From an uncultured delta proteobacterium (GTDB lineage: Bacteria > Desulfobacterota > Binatia > UBA9968): a stretch of DNA of 64,000 bases. Within the stretch, counting starts at the first letter, position 1, and every line of letters begins with the position of its first letter. The DNA lies in the NCBI GenBank assembly GCA_963771465.1, contig CAVYTU010000010.1, positions 32,359-96,358 of the forward strand. The letters are read 5' to 3'. The translations under genes were made by a program, and so were the position numbers. Below, in pieces: positions 1-9,576 of this stretch. A model generated the notes under the pieces. That model worked only from the letters and a program-made list of their open reading frames with translations, was not told the DNA's origin and ran no database searches.

Positions 1-1234
1 GATCGCCGACCGGCGTTTCGTCGCCGCTGTCGAGGCAATTTTTTAGCCGCAGATCGACGGGTTCGATGCCGAGCTTCGCGGCGATGATGTCCATCTGTGA
101 TTCGCCGGCCCAGACGGCTTCAGGAATACCCAAGCCGCGAAACGGACAGCCGCGCAACTTATTCGTATAAACCAGCGTGGAGACGACGCGAATGTTCGGG
201 ATGCGATAGGGCCCGACGCCGTCTTTAAGCGCGCGATTGCTGCCGGGCAATCCTTCCGCGTAGGCGCCGGTGTCCCAGGTGAAATCCATGGCGCGCGCGG
301 TGATCGTGCCATCGCGCTTCACCCCGGTGCGCACGCGCACGGTGGCCGGCACGGAGCCGGCGGCCGCGGCGAATTCTTCGGCGCGGCTGTTGACGAGCCG
401 CACCGGTTTTTTCGTCTTCAACGCCAGCGCCGCGGCATACGGTTCGAGCCGCATGGCGTTTTTGCCGCCGAAGCCGGCGCCGATTTTCGTGCCGATGACG
501 CGAATCTTATCTTCAGCGAGATCGAAGAGCTCGGCTAAACCCGAGCGCACGAGAAAAACTTTTTGCGTGCTGGTCCATACCGTGAGTTGCTCGCCATTCC
601 ATTGGGCGACGACGGCGTGGGGCTCGAGCGAGCAATGCTGCACTTGCTGAGCGCGAAACGTATCGTCGAAGATTTCATCAGCTGCGGCGAAGCCTTCATC
701 GATGTCGCCTTTGGTGAAGAGCGCCTGATGCGCGATGTTGGTGCCGGGGAGCGGATGCCAGTCGCGCGCCAAGACGCTGTTCATTCGATAGGATTGGAGC
801 TGATCGTGGACCAATGGCGCATTCTCGCCAAGCGCTTCGTCGGTCGTCAGCGCCGCCGGTAATTCGTGGAAATCACAATCGATCAAAGCCACCGCTTGTT
901 CGGCGAGTTCCTCGTCATCGGCGGCCACCGCGGCGATGACATCGCCGATGTAACGCACTTTGTCTGTGGCAAAGATCTGCTCGTCTTGGAGCGAAAAGCC
1001 GAAACGCTTGGCGGGCACGTCGTCGGCGGTGAGCACGGCAGCGACTCCCGCCAGAGCCCGAGCGCGACTGGTGTCGACGCGACGAATTCTTGCGTGCGGC
1101 AGCGGGCTGCGCAGCAGCTTGACGCGCAGTGTCCCGGGCAAGACCACGTCGACGCTGTATTGGGCGCCGCCCGAGACGGTGTCGAGACCGTCGAGGCGCG
1201 GCGCCGGCTTGCCGATGATTTTAAAACTTCTCAC
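1..1234 (-). CDS. Xanthine dehydrogenase/CO dehydrogenase-family molybdopterin-binding subunit (N-terminal part; runs off window start)
   Basis: Read manually on the minus strand from a GTG overlapping the VOC stop: VRSFKIIGKPAPRLDG...LRSPLPHARI...IGAGFGGK...GPYRIPN...FRGLGIPE. These are typical XdhB/CoxL motifs. Absent from the ORF track because it has no stop in the window. Confidence 0.9.
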   Translation of the reverse strand, partial: MRSFKIIGKPAPRLDGLDTVSGGAQYSVDVVLPGTLRVKLLRSPLPHARIRRVDTSRARALAGVAAVLTADDVPAKRFGFSLQDEQIFATDKVRYIGDVIAAVAADDEELAEQAVALIDCDFHELPAALTTDEALGENAPLVHDQLQSYRMNSVLARDWHPLPGTNIAHQALFTKGDIDEGFAAADEIFDDTFRAQQVQHCSLEPHAVVAQWNGEQLTVWTSTQKVFLVRSGLAELFDLAEDKIRVIGTKIGAGFGGKNAMRLEPYAAALALKTKKPVRLVNSRAEEFAAAAGSVPATVRVRTGVKRDGTITARAMDFTWDTGAYAEGLPGSNRALKDGVGPYRIPNIRVVSTLVYTNKLRGCPFRGLGIPEAVWAGESQMDIIAAKLGIEPVDLRLKNCLDSGDETPVGD

Positions 1235-1644
1235 GAGGCTGGTGGCTGTTTCGGTGGCGCGTAGAGTTGCAGCAGATTGCCATCGGGATCAAAAAAGTAG
1301 AAACCTCGTCCGGTCGGGCGATCGACGGTGGGGATGTCGTAGACTTTCACACCCCAATCTTTCATTTTTTTCGCCGCGAGCTCGAAGTCTTCCGGTGAGA
1401 CGGTAAAAGCCTGGTGTGTGGCGCCGTCCTCTTTCAGCGCGTCTTTTGCCATCGATTTCGGACGCTGAAAAAGCACGACCATGGAGTCGCCGGAGCGCAG
1501 ATCGGCACGGTTCAAATGATCACCCATGTCGTCCTTGTTGAGCTTGGCGATCGTCATGCCCAAAATCTCGGTGTAGAACTTGACCGGGCGCTCGACATCG
1601 TTGACCGGGATACCGATATGATAAACGCCTTTCGTCGTAATCAT
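1231..1644 (-). CDS. VOC/glyoxalase family protein
   Basis: HIGIPVND...FY..ILG and HQAF...FYFFDPDGNLLQL motifs; GGAGG RBS. Confidence 0.9.
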   Translation of the reverse strand: MITTKGVYHIGIPVNDVERPVKFYTEILGMTIAKLNKDDMGDHLNRADLRSGDSMVVLFQRPKSMAKDALKEDGATHQAFTVSPEDFELAAKKMKDWGVKVYDIPTVDRPTGRGFYFFDPDGNLLQLYAPPKQPPAS

Positions 1645-1705
1645 AAAACCTCCGTAAGATTATCCATGGCCATTACCACCTGCGGATTCTGTCCGTCAAC
1701 CGGTC

Positions 1706-1745
1706 GGAATTGGAATGATGGCCTGTTTGAGTAATGGAGTGATGG
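1706..1745. repeat. 8-mer tandem repeat (TGGAGTAA/TGGAGTGA family)
   Basis: TGGAATGA TGG..TTGAGTAA TGGAGTGA TGG; same family as 39113-39173 and 58052-58121. Confidence 0.55.
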
Positions 1746-1841
1746 CTACGAGAACGCGCACCGTCCGTCGGGTTTCACCTTGACAGGCTGTGGGGTTTCA
1801 ACTAGTGGTCAGCCGAAGAATTTACCTTAGCTGAGGATTCA

Positions 1842-2960
1842 ATGAAAAAGCCATTGATTGTCATTTTCGCCGCCATCGCGCTGACGGTTTTAAGTGACGC
1901 GCAAGCTCTAGCCGCCGAAGCCAAGCGGCCGGCGGAGTGGGATAAAGCTGTCGAGGAAGCGAAGAAGGAAGGTAAGATTGTTTTGGCAATTCCTCCGGCG
2001 ACGGAATTGCGAACCGCGTTGGAGCCGCTGTTGAAACAGAAATTCGGTCTTGATGCCGAGCTGGTTTCGGCGCCCGGACCGAAAAACGCGAGCCGAATCG
2101 CCGCGGAGAAGAAAGCCGGCGTAAATTATTTTGACGCAATCATTTGCGGCACGGGGACGGCGGCGGGACTGACCCATGACGGCATGCTCGAACCGATGGA
2201 ATCGTTTTGGATTCTTCCGGAGGTGAAGGATGCCAAGCAATGGTGGGGCGGCCATATCTGGGAAGACAATCTGAGCACGCACAAATTTCTCTATTCCTTT
2301 CTCGCCGACGTGAGCACCCATAGCACTTGGTACAATACGTCGCTGGCCAAGCCGCAGGAGCTGCGCGCCTTCGACGATTATTTAAACCCCAAATGGAAGG
2401 GTCGCATCGGCTTCAGCGATCCTCGCGTGCCGAGCTCGGGGCAGTCGATCTGGTCGTTTATGTGGGAGCATCGCGGCGAGGAGTTTTTGAAAAAGCTGGT
2501 CCAGCAAGAGCTGTTCTTGACCCGCGATCTGCGCCAACTCGCCGACGCGGTAGCGAAAGGAAAAGTGGTTCTCGCTTTCGGTTTGGGCCGAAGCCAAACC
2601 GAGCCGTTTATCAAAGCCGGCCTGCCGCTCAAACCGGCGCCGGTGACCAAGGAAGGTTTGCCGGCAAGCAACGGGTTTGGCGTGCTCGGTGTCATCAAAG
2701 ACTCGCCCCATCCCAGTGCGACAAAAGTGTTCATTAACTGGTTTCTGAGCCGCGAGGGGCAGGAGTGGTATTCCAAAGTGATGTTGAACGGCACGCGCCG
2801 GCTCGATGTGAATACCAAGTGGCTCAAAGATTCCGGCATCGCCGCGGCCAAAGACGCGCTGACCGTGCAAGAGTATCACCGCGTGCGCAATCACCTCGAA
2901 GACAAATACACCAAAGTGCGAGTGCCGGCGGGCAAGTTTGCCGAGACGGTATTGCAGTAG
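1842..2960 (+). CDS. ABC transporter substrate-binding protein, Fe3+/thiamine (AfuA/SBP_bac_6) family
   Basis: Signal peptide; AKKEGK, LNPKWKGRI, PHPSATKVFINWFLSREGQ motifs; TTGACA about 60 nt upstream. Confidence 0.9.
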   Translation: MKKPLIVIFAAIALTVLSDAQALAAEAKRPAEWDKAVEEAKKEGKIVLAIPPATELRTALEPLLKQKFGLDAELVSAPGPKNASRIAAEKKAGVNYFDAIICGTGTAAGLTHDGMLEPMESFWILPEVKDAKQWWGGHIWEDNLSTHKFLYSFLADVSTHSTWYNTSLAKPQELRAFDDYLNPKWKGRIGFSDPRVPSSGQSIWSFMWEHRGEEFLKKLVQQELFLTRDLRQLADAVAKGKVVLAFGLGRSQTEPFIKAGLPLKPAPVTKEGLPASNGFGVLGVIKDSPHPSATKVFINWFLSREGQEWYSKVMLNGTRRLDVNTKWLKDSGIAAAKDALTVQEYHRVRNHLEDKYTKVRVPAGKFAETVLQ

Positions 2961-2976
2961 GAATTTCGGAGTTTCT

Positions 2977-3003
2977 CGCGCAAAGAACGCAAAGGGCGTA
3001 AAG
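2977..3003. repeat. 9-mer tandem repeat (CGCAAAGnn)
   Basis: CGCAAAGAA CGCAAAGGG CGTAAAG; second copy at 18489-18513. Confidence 0.6.
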
Positions 3004-3029
3004 GTAGGAATAATCTTGGAGGTGCGACG

Positions 3030-4112
3030 ATGAAATTTCGAAAAATTCTTTTCACCGCCGTTGGTGCGGTAATGATCGTCGCTTGGTTCGTGTCGTTAGC
3101 GTCAACCGCTTCGGTGGAAGAGATCACGCTTTACAACAAACCGGATCGGCAAAAGATTCTCGTCGACGGCGCGCGCAAGGAAGGCAAGATCACCTGGTAT
3201 ACGTCGTTGATCGTCGATCAGGTCGTGCGCCCGCTGAAGGAAGCGTTCGAGAAAAAATATCCGTTCATCCAGATCGAACATTTTCGCGGTAACTCGGAGC
3301 GCTTGGTGCAGAAAATGTTCGCCGAGTATCAAGGCAAACGTTATGAAGTCGACATCGTCGACGGCACGGTGACCGCGCCGATGGTCAAAAAAGGCGGCTA
3401 CCTGCAGCGCTTTTACTCACCCCACCTGGCGGAATATCCCGCGGAGCTTAAAGATCCGCAGGGTTATTGGGGCGTGAGCAACGTCTATTATTTTGCCGTC
3501 GGCTACAATACGCGCATGGTCAAGCCCAACGAAGTGCCGAAGAGCTATGAAGATTTGCTCCATCCGCGTTGGAAGGGGCAGATGATATGGTCGACCAGCC
3601 GCGGCTCGGGGGCGCCCATGATGATCGGCAATATCTTGCAGTCCATGGGACAGGAAGCGGGGAAAGTTTACTTACAGAAACTCAAAGCGCAAAACGTCGC
3701 CAAGTCCACGGCGAGCAACCGGCAGTTACTCGACTTAGTCATCGCCGGCGAATATCCACTGGCGCTGCATATTTTTCACCATCACGCGCATATCAGCCGG
3801 AGCGCCGGCGCTCCAGTGGATTGGGCGCCGATCGAACCGGCGACGGCGACGATCAACACGATCTCGCCGGTGACGCGATCGCCGCACCCGCACGCGGCGA
3901 TGCTCTTGCTCGATTTCGTCTTGTCCGAAGAAGGGCAGAAAGTAATTCAAGCGGTCAATTATCTGCCGTCCCATCCCAAGATTCCCGCCAAGCAGGTCGA
4001 TCTCAAACCGGGCGGCGGCAAGTTCAAGCGCGCGCTTTACTTTACTCCAGACGCGCACGTGAATGACGGCGACGCCTGGGTCGATTACTTCGAGAAGAAC
4101 TTTTTAAAGTGA
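3030..4112 (+). CDS. ABC transporter substrate-binding protein, AfuA/SBP_bac_6 family
   Basis: Signal peptide, GARKEGK, YNTRMV..PKSYEDLL.PRWKG, PHPHAAMLLLDF; GGAGG RBS. Confidence 0.9.
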   Translation: MKFRKILFTAVGAVMIVAWFVSLASTASVEEITLYNKPDRQKILVDGARKEGKITWYTSLIVDQVVRPLKEAFEKKYPFIQIEHFRGNSERLVQKMFAEYQGKRYEVDIVDGTVTAPMVKKGGYLQRFYSPHLAEYPAELKDPQGYWGVSNVYYFAVGYNTRMVKPNEVPKSYEDLLHPRWKGQMIWSTSRGSGAPMMIGNILQSMGQEAGKVYLQKLKAQNVAKSTASNRQLLDLVIAGEYPLALHIFHHHAHISRSAGAPVDWAPIEPATATINTISPVTRSPHPHAAMLLLDFVLSEEGQKVIQAVNYLPSHPKIPAKQVDLKPGGGKFKRALYFTPDAHVNDGDAWVDYFEKNFLK

Positions 4113-4303
4113 GCGCAGGCCCAGTCCAATAATCGAGTAGTATTTCAGCTCAGGCCGAGCGGCTGTGGGCCGACGACTATTGCGACTGGTTAGTTTTTGG
4201 CATCGCGCGTTTTTTACGTGACTGAAGTTTGTTCCGTTACCTTGACAAGGCGAGCCGAGTCAGACTAGCGTCGCGAGCAGTGCGGCTGGAAGGAGAACGT
4301 CGA

Positions 4304-5395
4304 ATGATGCAGCTGTTTTCAAGGCGACAGCGCCAGCGGACGTCGCTGATTGTTTTGCTCGCCTCGATGATACTCATTCGCTCGACATCAGCGGCAACGG
4401 TCGAAGAAATCGCTCTGATGAGCCGGCCCGACCGGCAAAAGATTCTGGTCGAAGGCGCCAAGAAAGAAGCCAAGGTGACTTGGTATACTACCTTAATCGT
4501 CGATCAGGTGGTGCGGCCGGTCAAAGAGGCTTTTGAGAAAGAGTATCCGTTCATCCAAATGGAATACTTTCGCGGCAATTCGGAGCGCATCGTGCAAAAG
4601 ATGCTGGCCGAATACCAAGCGAAAAGATACGACGTCGATATCATCGACGGCACGGTGTCGCCGACCATGGTGCGGCGCGCGAATTTGTTGCAACGATTTC
4701 ATTCGCCGATGCTGGCCGAGTACCCGGCAGACTTAAAGGACGCGCAAGGTTTCTGGGGCACGACCAATCTTTATTTCTTCGCCACCGGTTACAATACGCG
4801 GATGGTCAAGCCCAAGGAGGTGCCGAAAACTTACGAAGACCTGCTCAATCCGCGCTGGAAGGGACAGATGATGTGGTCGACCAGCCGCGGCTCCGGCGCA
4901 CCCATTTTTGTCGGCACGATTCTTAACTCCATGGGCCTGGAAGCAGGCAAAGCGTACTTGCAAAAATTAAAGGCGCAGAACATCGCCAAGAGTACGGCGA
5001 GCAATCGGCAGGTTTTGGACTTGACGATCGCCGGCGAGTATCCGCTGGCGCTGCAGATGTTCAACCATCATGCCTTTATCAGCAAGTCGGCGGGCGCGCC
5101 GGTCGATTGGCAGCCTCATGAACCAGCGACCGCGACCATTCACACCATCGCGTTGGCGAAAAACTCGCCGCACCCGCATGCGTCCATGCTCTTGCTCGAT
5201 TTCGTCATGTCGGAACGGGGACAGAAAGTTTATCAGCAAGCTAACTATCTGCCGTCGCATCCAAAAGTTCCGGCCAAGCAAGCGGACCTCAAACCGGGCG
5301 CGCGCTTCAAGCGCGCCTATTACATCAATCCCGATGCCCAGTACGATAAAGGCAACGAGTGGGTGGATTACTTCAACAGCGTGTTTCTTAAGTAG
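4304..5395 (+). CDS. ABC transporter substrate-binding protein, close paralog of 3030-4112
   Basis: Long identical stretches with the preceding SBP (WSTSRGSGAP, YLQKLKAQN.AKSTASNRQ). Start placed at the ATG after AGGAG. Confidence 0.88.
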   Translation: MMQLFSRRQRQRTSLIVLLASMILIRSTSAATVEEIALMSRPDRQKILVEGAKKEAKVTWYTTLIVDQVVRPVKEAFEKEYPFIQMEYFRGNSERIVQKMLAEYQAKRYDVDIIDGTVSPTMVRRANLLQRFHSPMLAEYPADLKDAQGFWGTTNLYFFATGYNTRMVKPKEVPKTYEDLLNPRWKGQMMWSTSRGSGAPIFVGTILNSMGLEAGKAYLQKLKAQNIAKSTASNRQVLDLTIAGEYPLALQMFNHHAFISKSAGAPVDWQPHEPATATIHTIALAKNSPHPHASMLLLDFVMSERGQKVYQQANYLPSHPKVPAKQADLKPGARFKRAYYINPDAQYDKGNEWVDYFNSVFLK

Positions 5396-5409
5396 CGGCG
5401 GCTAAGAAC

Positions 5410-7182
5410 GTGGCGAAGCAACAGTCAACCGAATCATTCGATCTGCCGCTCAAACGCGCTGCGGCGCGCGCAAGTTTTTCTTTAAGCGTCGGTTCGCGCT
5501 TGGACGTGGCCAGCGTCGTCATGATCTGCGTTTCCGTTGTCACCGCTTATCTCGTTCTCCCGCCGCTGTACTCGGTCATTCAAACCAGCCTGTTCACCAC
5601 CAAGCTCACCGGCGAGATCGACCAGTTTACCCTGCGCTACTACGAAGATCTGCTGCGCGAGCTGCAGATCATCGGACCGTTTCTCAATACTTTTTATTTT
5701 TCCATCGGCAGTGCTTTGTTTGCAACTTTACTCGGCGGGTCGATTGCGTGGATTGTCGTGAGGACGGACAGCCCGCTGCGCGGATTGGGCTATTTCACCG
5801 CGTTCGCTTCCTTCGGCACGCCATTTATTCTCTACACCATCGGTTGGCTGCTGCTGCTCGGCAAAGCCGGTCCGATCAATTACTGGCTGAAGACTTTGCT
5901 TGATCAAACCGGCCCCGTCATCAACGTTTATTCCATGTTCGGCATGATTTTGATCGAGTCGCTTTTGTGGTCGCCGTTTGTTTTTCTCATGCTCGCCGCG
6001 GCGTTTCGCTCCATGGACCCGTCCCTCGAGGAAGCCTCGGCGGCGTGCGGCGCGCGGGTTTGGCAGACCATGCGGCGGATTTCCTTACGCCTCATGTTGC
6101 CGGCGTTCTTTTCCGTCATGCTTTTGATCTTTATCCGCACCTTCGAATCCTTTGAGATTCCAGCTTTGGTCGGACTGCCGGGCGACATCCGTGTGCTGAC
6201 GACGTCGATCTATCTCGACGCGCAGAAACTGCCGCCAAGGTATGGCAGCGCCGGCGCGTTTTCCGTGTTTCTGATGGTAGTGGTGGCGGTGACGCTCTAT
6301 TTCTACTTTCGTATGACTCGCGAAGGCGACCGCTATCACACCGTGACGGGTAAAGGCTACCGGCCCGCGCTGATCAATCTCGGCCGCTGGCGCTATCTCG
6401 CCGGTTCGGCGCTGGTGACTTATTCAATCGTTCTGCTGGTGCTGCCGTTCTTGATCATCCTCTGGGCGTCGCTGCTACCGTTCTACATGCAACCGTCGCT
6501 TGAGGGTCTGGCAAAATTCACAATCAAGAATTACATGACGGCGATACACTACCCCAAGCTCACCGATGCAATCAAAAACAGCGTCCTGCTCGGTCTCGGC
6601 AGCGCCAGCTTAGTTATGGCCCTGACGTTACTCGCCTCCTGGTTGCTCGTCCGCACCAAGATTCGCGGCCGCTGGTTGCTCGATCTGATGACGACCTTGC
6701 CGTTGCTGTTTCCCGGTATCGTTATGGGATTGGCCATTTTACGCTTTTATCTGTTCGTGCCGATCCCGGTGTACGGCACTCTGTGGATTCTCCTGATCGC
6801 TTTCGTCACGCGCTATATCCCATACGGTATCCGCTACACGCACTCCGGCTTGCTCCAGTTGCATAAGGAATTAGAAGAGGCGTCCTACGTTTCGGGCGCG
6901 TCGTGGTTTAGTTCCATGCGCCGCATCATCCTGCCGCTGATTACGCCGTCGTTTCTCGGCGGCTGGATTTTTATTTTCTTGCTGTCCGCCAAAGAGCTGT
7001 CCATGTCAGTGCTGCTCGTCAGCCCGCAAACCCCGGTGGTGTCGGTGGCTATCTTCGAACTTTGGGAAAACGCTCAAGTTGGCGAGCTCGCCGCCTTCGG
7101 TGTGATCTGGACGGTGATACTGGTCACGGTGGCAATCGTCTATTACGCCTTCGCGCGCCGTTACGGCATTCAGCAAAGCTGA
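5410..7182 (+). CDS. Fe3+-type ABC transporter permease (fused double TMD, FbpB/ThiP-like)
   Basis: Two EAA loops (MDPSLEEASAACGA; LEEASYVSGAS) and about 12 TM segments. Confidence 0.92.
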   Translation: MAKQQSTESFDLPLKRAAARASFSLSVGSRLDVASVVMICVSVVTAYLVLPPLYSVIQTSLFTTKLTGEIDQFTLRYYEDLLRELQIIGPFLNTFYFSIGSALFATLLGGSIAWIVVRTDSPLRGLGYFTAFASFGTPFILYTIGWLLLLGKAGPINYWLKTLLDQTGPVINVYSMFGMILIESLLWSPFVFLMLAAAFRSMDPSLEEASAACGARVWQTMRRISLRLMLPAFFSVMLLIFIRTFESFEIPALVGLPGDIRVLTTSIYLDAQKLPPRYGSAGAFSVFLMVVVAVTLYFYFRMTREGDRYHTVTGKGYRPALINLGRWRYLAGSALVTYSIVLLVLPFLIILWASLLPFYMQPSLEGLAKFTIKNYMTAIHYPKLTDAIKNSVLLGLGSASLVMALTLLASWLLVRTKIRGRWLLDLMTTLPLLFPGIVMGLAILRFYLFVPIPVYGTLWILLIAFVTRYIPYGIRYTHSGLLQLHKELEEASYVSGASWFSSMRRIILPLITPSFLGGWIFIFLLSAKELSMSVLLVSPQTPVVSVAIFELWENAQVGELAAFGVIWTVILVTVAIVYYAFARRYGIQQS

Positions 7183-7487
7183 CGCGAGCACCGTTTACGA
7201 TATTTTCTTCTTCCTGCCGGTTTCAGTCGTTACAATTCATTTGGGTTGGCTCAATAGCGTCAACTTTTCGCGCTAAGTTAATTGTGCAGGATGACAGTCA
7301 TTTGCCACTTGGCGTATAATCCACGCAATTGGGGTGTGCGCAAACTTTGCTCGGACAATTGCTCTGGCCGTTCAAAAATTACTCGGTTATTTCAGTGTAG
7401 AACCGTAATCAGTGGTTTCACACTGAAATCAGCGTGGTTAAAAACTACTATGGTAAGCGCCCGTCGAGGGGATTCTGAGGAGGCGTG

Positions 7488-8483
7488 ATGAAACGTATCA
7501 ATCGCAACTCTGTCTTGATGCTCTTTTCGTGTCTCGCCACGTTACTTTCTTGGCGCGTGGCTTTCGCACAACAGCACACGCTTGCCTTTAGCTCCGTCGA
7601 TTCGCCCAATGCCAATTGGTATATCGCCAAAGAGCGGCAGCTCTACAAAAAATATGGGCTCGATGTCGAATTGATTTTTATTCCTTCTTCGACGACTACG
7701 ATTTCCGCGGTGGTCGCCGGGTCGGTTGCCGTCGGCAATATTTCCGGCGGGGCGACCGCGAATGCTGCCGTCGGTGGCGCGGGCGTGGTGGCCGTGGGCT
7801 GCTTTATCAACACCTTGCCCTACGACCTTGTCGTCCATGAATCCATACGATCGGCGCAGCAGCTCAAGGGTAAGAGCATCGGCATCAGCCGCGTGGGGAG
7901 CTCCTCCGATGTGGCGGCGCGGGTGTTTCTCAAAGAGTTGAAGCTCGAGCCGGACAAAGACGTGGCGATTCTCCAAGTCGGCGGGTCGACCGAAAGAGCG
8001 GCCGCCTTTCGCACCGGACGCATCGTCGCGTTTCCCGCGCCGCCGGGTGTGATCCATCTCACGCACGGCATGCCACACCGAATTCTCGCCAGTACGGCTG
8101 ATTTCCCCAAAGGGTTTCCTTTCCCCTATGTCTGTCCGACGGCGTCCAAGAGCTTTGTGAAAAGCAATCGTGACACGATGAAGCGACTCTTGATGGCGCT
8201 GATCGACGCGACGCATTTCTTCAAAACGCGCAAAGAGGAAAGCAAAAAGATCATGGCGAAATATACGCGCCACAACAATGAAGCATTTTTAGAAAGCGCT
8301 TATCAGAGCAGCAACAAGCTCTTCGAGCAAATGCCGCTGGTAAATCGCGAGGGTATGGACGTGCAAGTAAAGGACGCGGTGTCGCGCAAACCCGGCAGCA
8401 CGTTTAAAGTCGACGATGTCGTGGACGACACTTTAGTGTTGGAGCTGGAAAAGGAAGGCTTCATCAGCCGTATTTACAAATAA
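7488..8483 (+). CDS. ABC transporter substrate-binding protein, NMT1/TauA/SsuA family
   Basis: Signal peptide; KYGLDVELIFI, LKGKSIGISRVGSSSD motifs. Confidence 0.88.
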   Translation: MKRINRNSVLMLFSCLATLLSWRVAFAQQHTLAFSSVDSPNANWYIAKERQLYKKYGLDVELIFIPSSTTTISAVVAGSVAVGNISGGATANAAVGGAGVVAVGCFINTLPYDLVVHESIRSAQQLKGKSIGISRVGSSSDVAARVFLKELKLEPDKDVAILQVGGSTERAAAFRTGRIVAFPAPPGVIHLTHGMPHRILASTADFPKGFPFPYVCPTASKSFVKSNRDTMKRLLMALIDATHFFKTRKEESKKIMAKYTRHNNEAFLESAYQSSNKLFEQMPLVNREGMDVQVKDAVSRKPGSTFKVDDVVDDTLVLELEKEGFISRIYK

Positions 8484-8556
8484 CGTCGCTTGCCTGCCCT
8501 TGCCAGCTGATTGCTGTCGTAGGAAAATATCCGCTATCGACTTAGGCATCGAACAC

Positions 8557-8952
8557 ATGGAGCAAAAGTATTTTTTCGGTTTGCTAGTTATCCTCGGGGC
8601 CGTCGCCTTCCGCATCGTCATGCACTTCGTCGACAAGGGCCGTATCAAAGAAGAAGTCGAGACGCGGCTCGGCCGGGTTGTGTCGATTACGTGGAATCCG
8701 TTCGGGCGTGGTTGGTTTTTCGAAAAAAGCGAGCGCCATTACGACGTGACGTATATCGACCGTTCCGGCGAGACGATCTCGACTAGCTGCAAGACGAGTT
8801 TTTTTACCGGAGTGTATTGGGCGGAAGGGCCGGGCGTGACTGAAACTCCGCCACGTTTCATCTCGCGCCATCTGTGTGGCAAGTGTGGTTACGCCCTCAA
8901 GACGGATTGGCGCGCCTGTCCAAACTGCGGCAAGACCACTGAGTTCGCATGA
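8557..8952 (+). CDS. Membrane-anchored hypothetical protein with C-terminal zinc ribbon
   Basis: N-terminal TM helix; CGKCG-x9-CPNCG at the C-terminus; stop overlaps the next start (ATGA). Confidence 0.75.
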   Translation: MEQKYFFGLLVILGAVAFRIVMHFVDKGRIKEEVETRLGRVVSITWNPFGRGWFFEKSERHYDVTYIDRSGETISTSCKTSFFTGVYWAEGPGVTETPPRFISRHLCGKCGYALKTDWRACPNCGKTTEFA

Positions 8953-9566
8953 TAATCAAGCACGACAAAGTTCTTGTCATTCGAATAGTCTGTGCGGTTT
9001 TTCTCATCGTTCAGCTCGTCGGCTGCGCCGGGAGCCCGCAAACGGGCGGAATCGAGAAACTTAGCTCGGCGCGGCTGGTGTTTTTGGCGCGCCACACCGA
9101 GCGTGAGTGGGAAGGCGAAGATCCGCCGCTGACTCGCATTGGCGAGGCGCGCGCGCAGGCGCTCGCTGCCGCGCTGCGCGACGCGGGCGTCACGGCGATT
9201 ATCACGACGCAGTGGCAACGCACGCGTGACACGGCCAAACCGCTGGCGACTATTCTAAGAATAACTCCCGAAGTCGTGCCGGTGTATGAGGGGAAGGCGG
9301 GGGAGAATTCGCTAGCGGTCGCTAATGCGGTGCGCCGCCACAGGGATGAAGTTGTCTTAGTGGTCGGCCACATCACGGTGACCGGTGTTATCGCCGCACT
9401 CGGCGGGCCACGCTTGCCGACGATCTGCGATAATGTTTTTTCCGATCTGTTTATGTTTGATCCATCGGCCGGCGACGGCGGACTGTTGCATTTGCACTAC
9501 GGCGCCGTCGAAGATATCTCACCGCAGTGCCGATTGACTGCGCCGCTTCGTGAAAACCGTGACTAG
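8949..9566 (+). CDS. Histidine phosphatase (SixA/phosphoglycerate mutase-like) family protein, probable lipoprotein
   Basis: LARHTE, DPPLT..GEARA, RTRDTA, VLVVGH motifs; LVGC lipobox-like. Confidence 0.8.
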   Translation: MIIKHDKVLVIRIVCAVFLIVQLVGCAGSPQTGGIEKLSSARLVFLARHTEREWEGEDPPLTRIGEARAQALAAALRDAGVTAIITTQWQRTRDTAKPLATILRITPEVVPVYEGKAGENSLAVANAVRRHRDEVVLVVGHITVTGVIAALGGPRLPTICDNVFSDLFMFDPSAGDGGLLHLHYGAVEDISPQCRLTAPLRENRD

Positions 9567-9576
9567 ATTTCATTTC

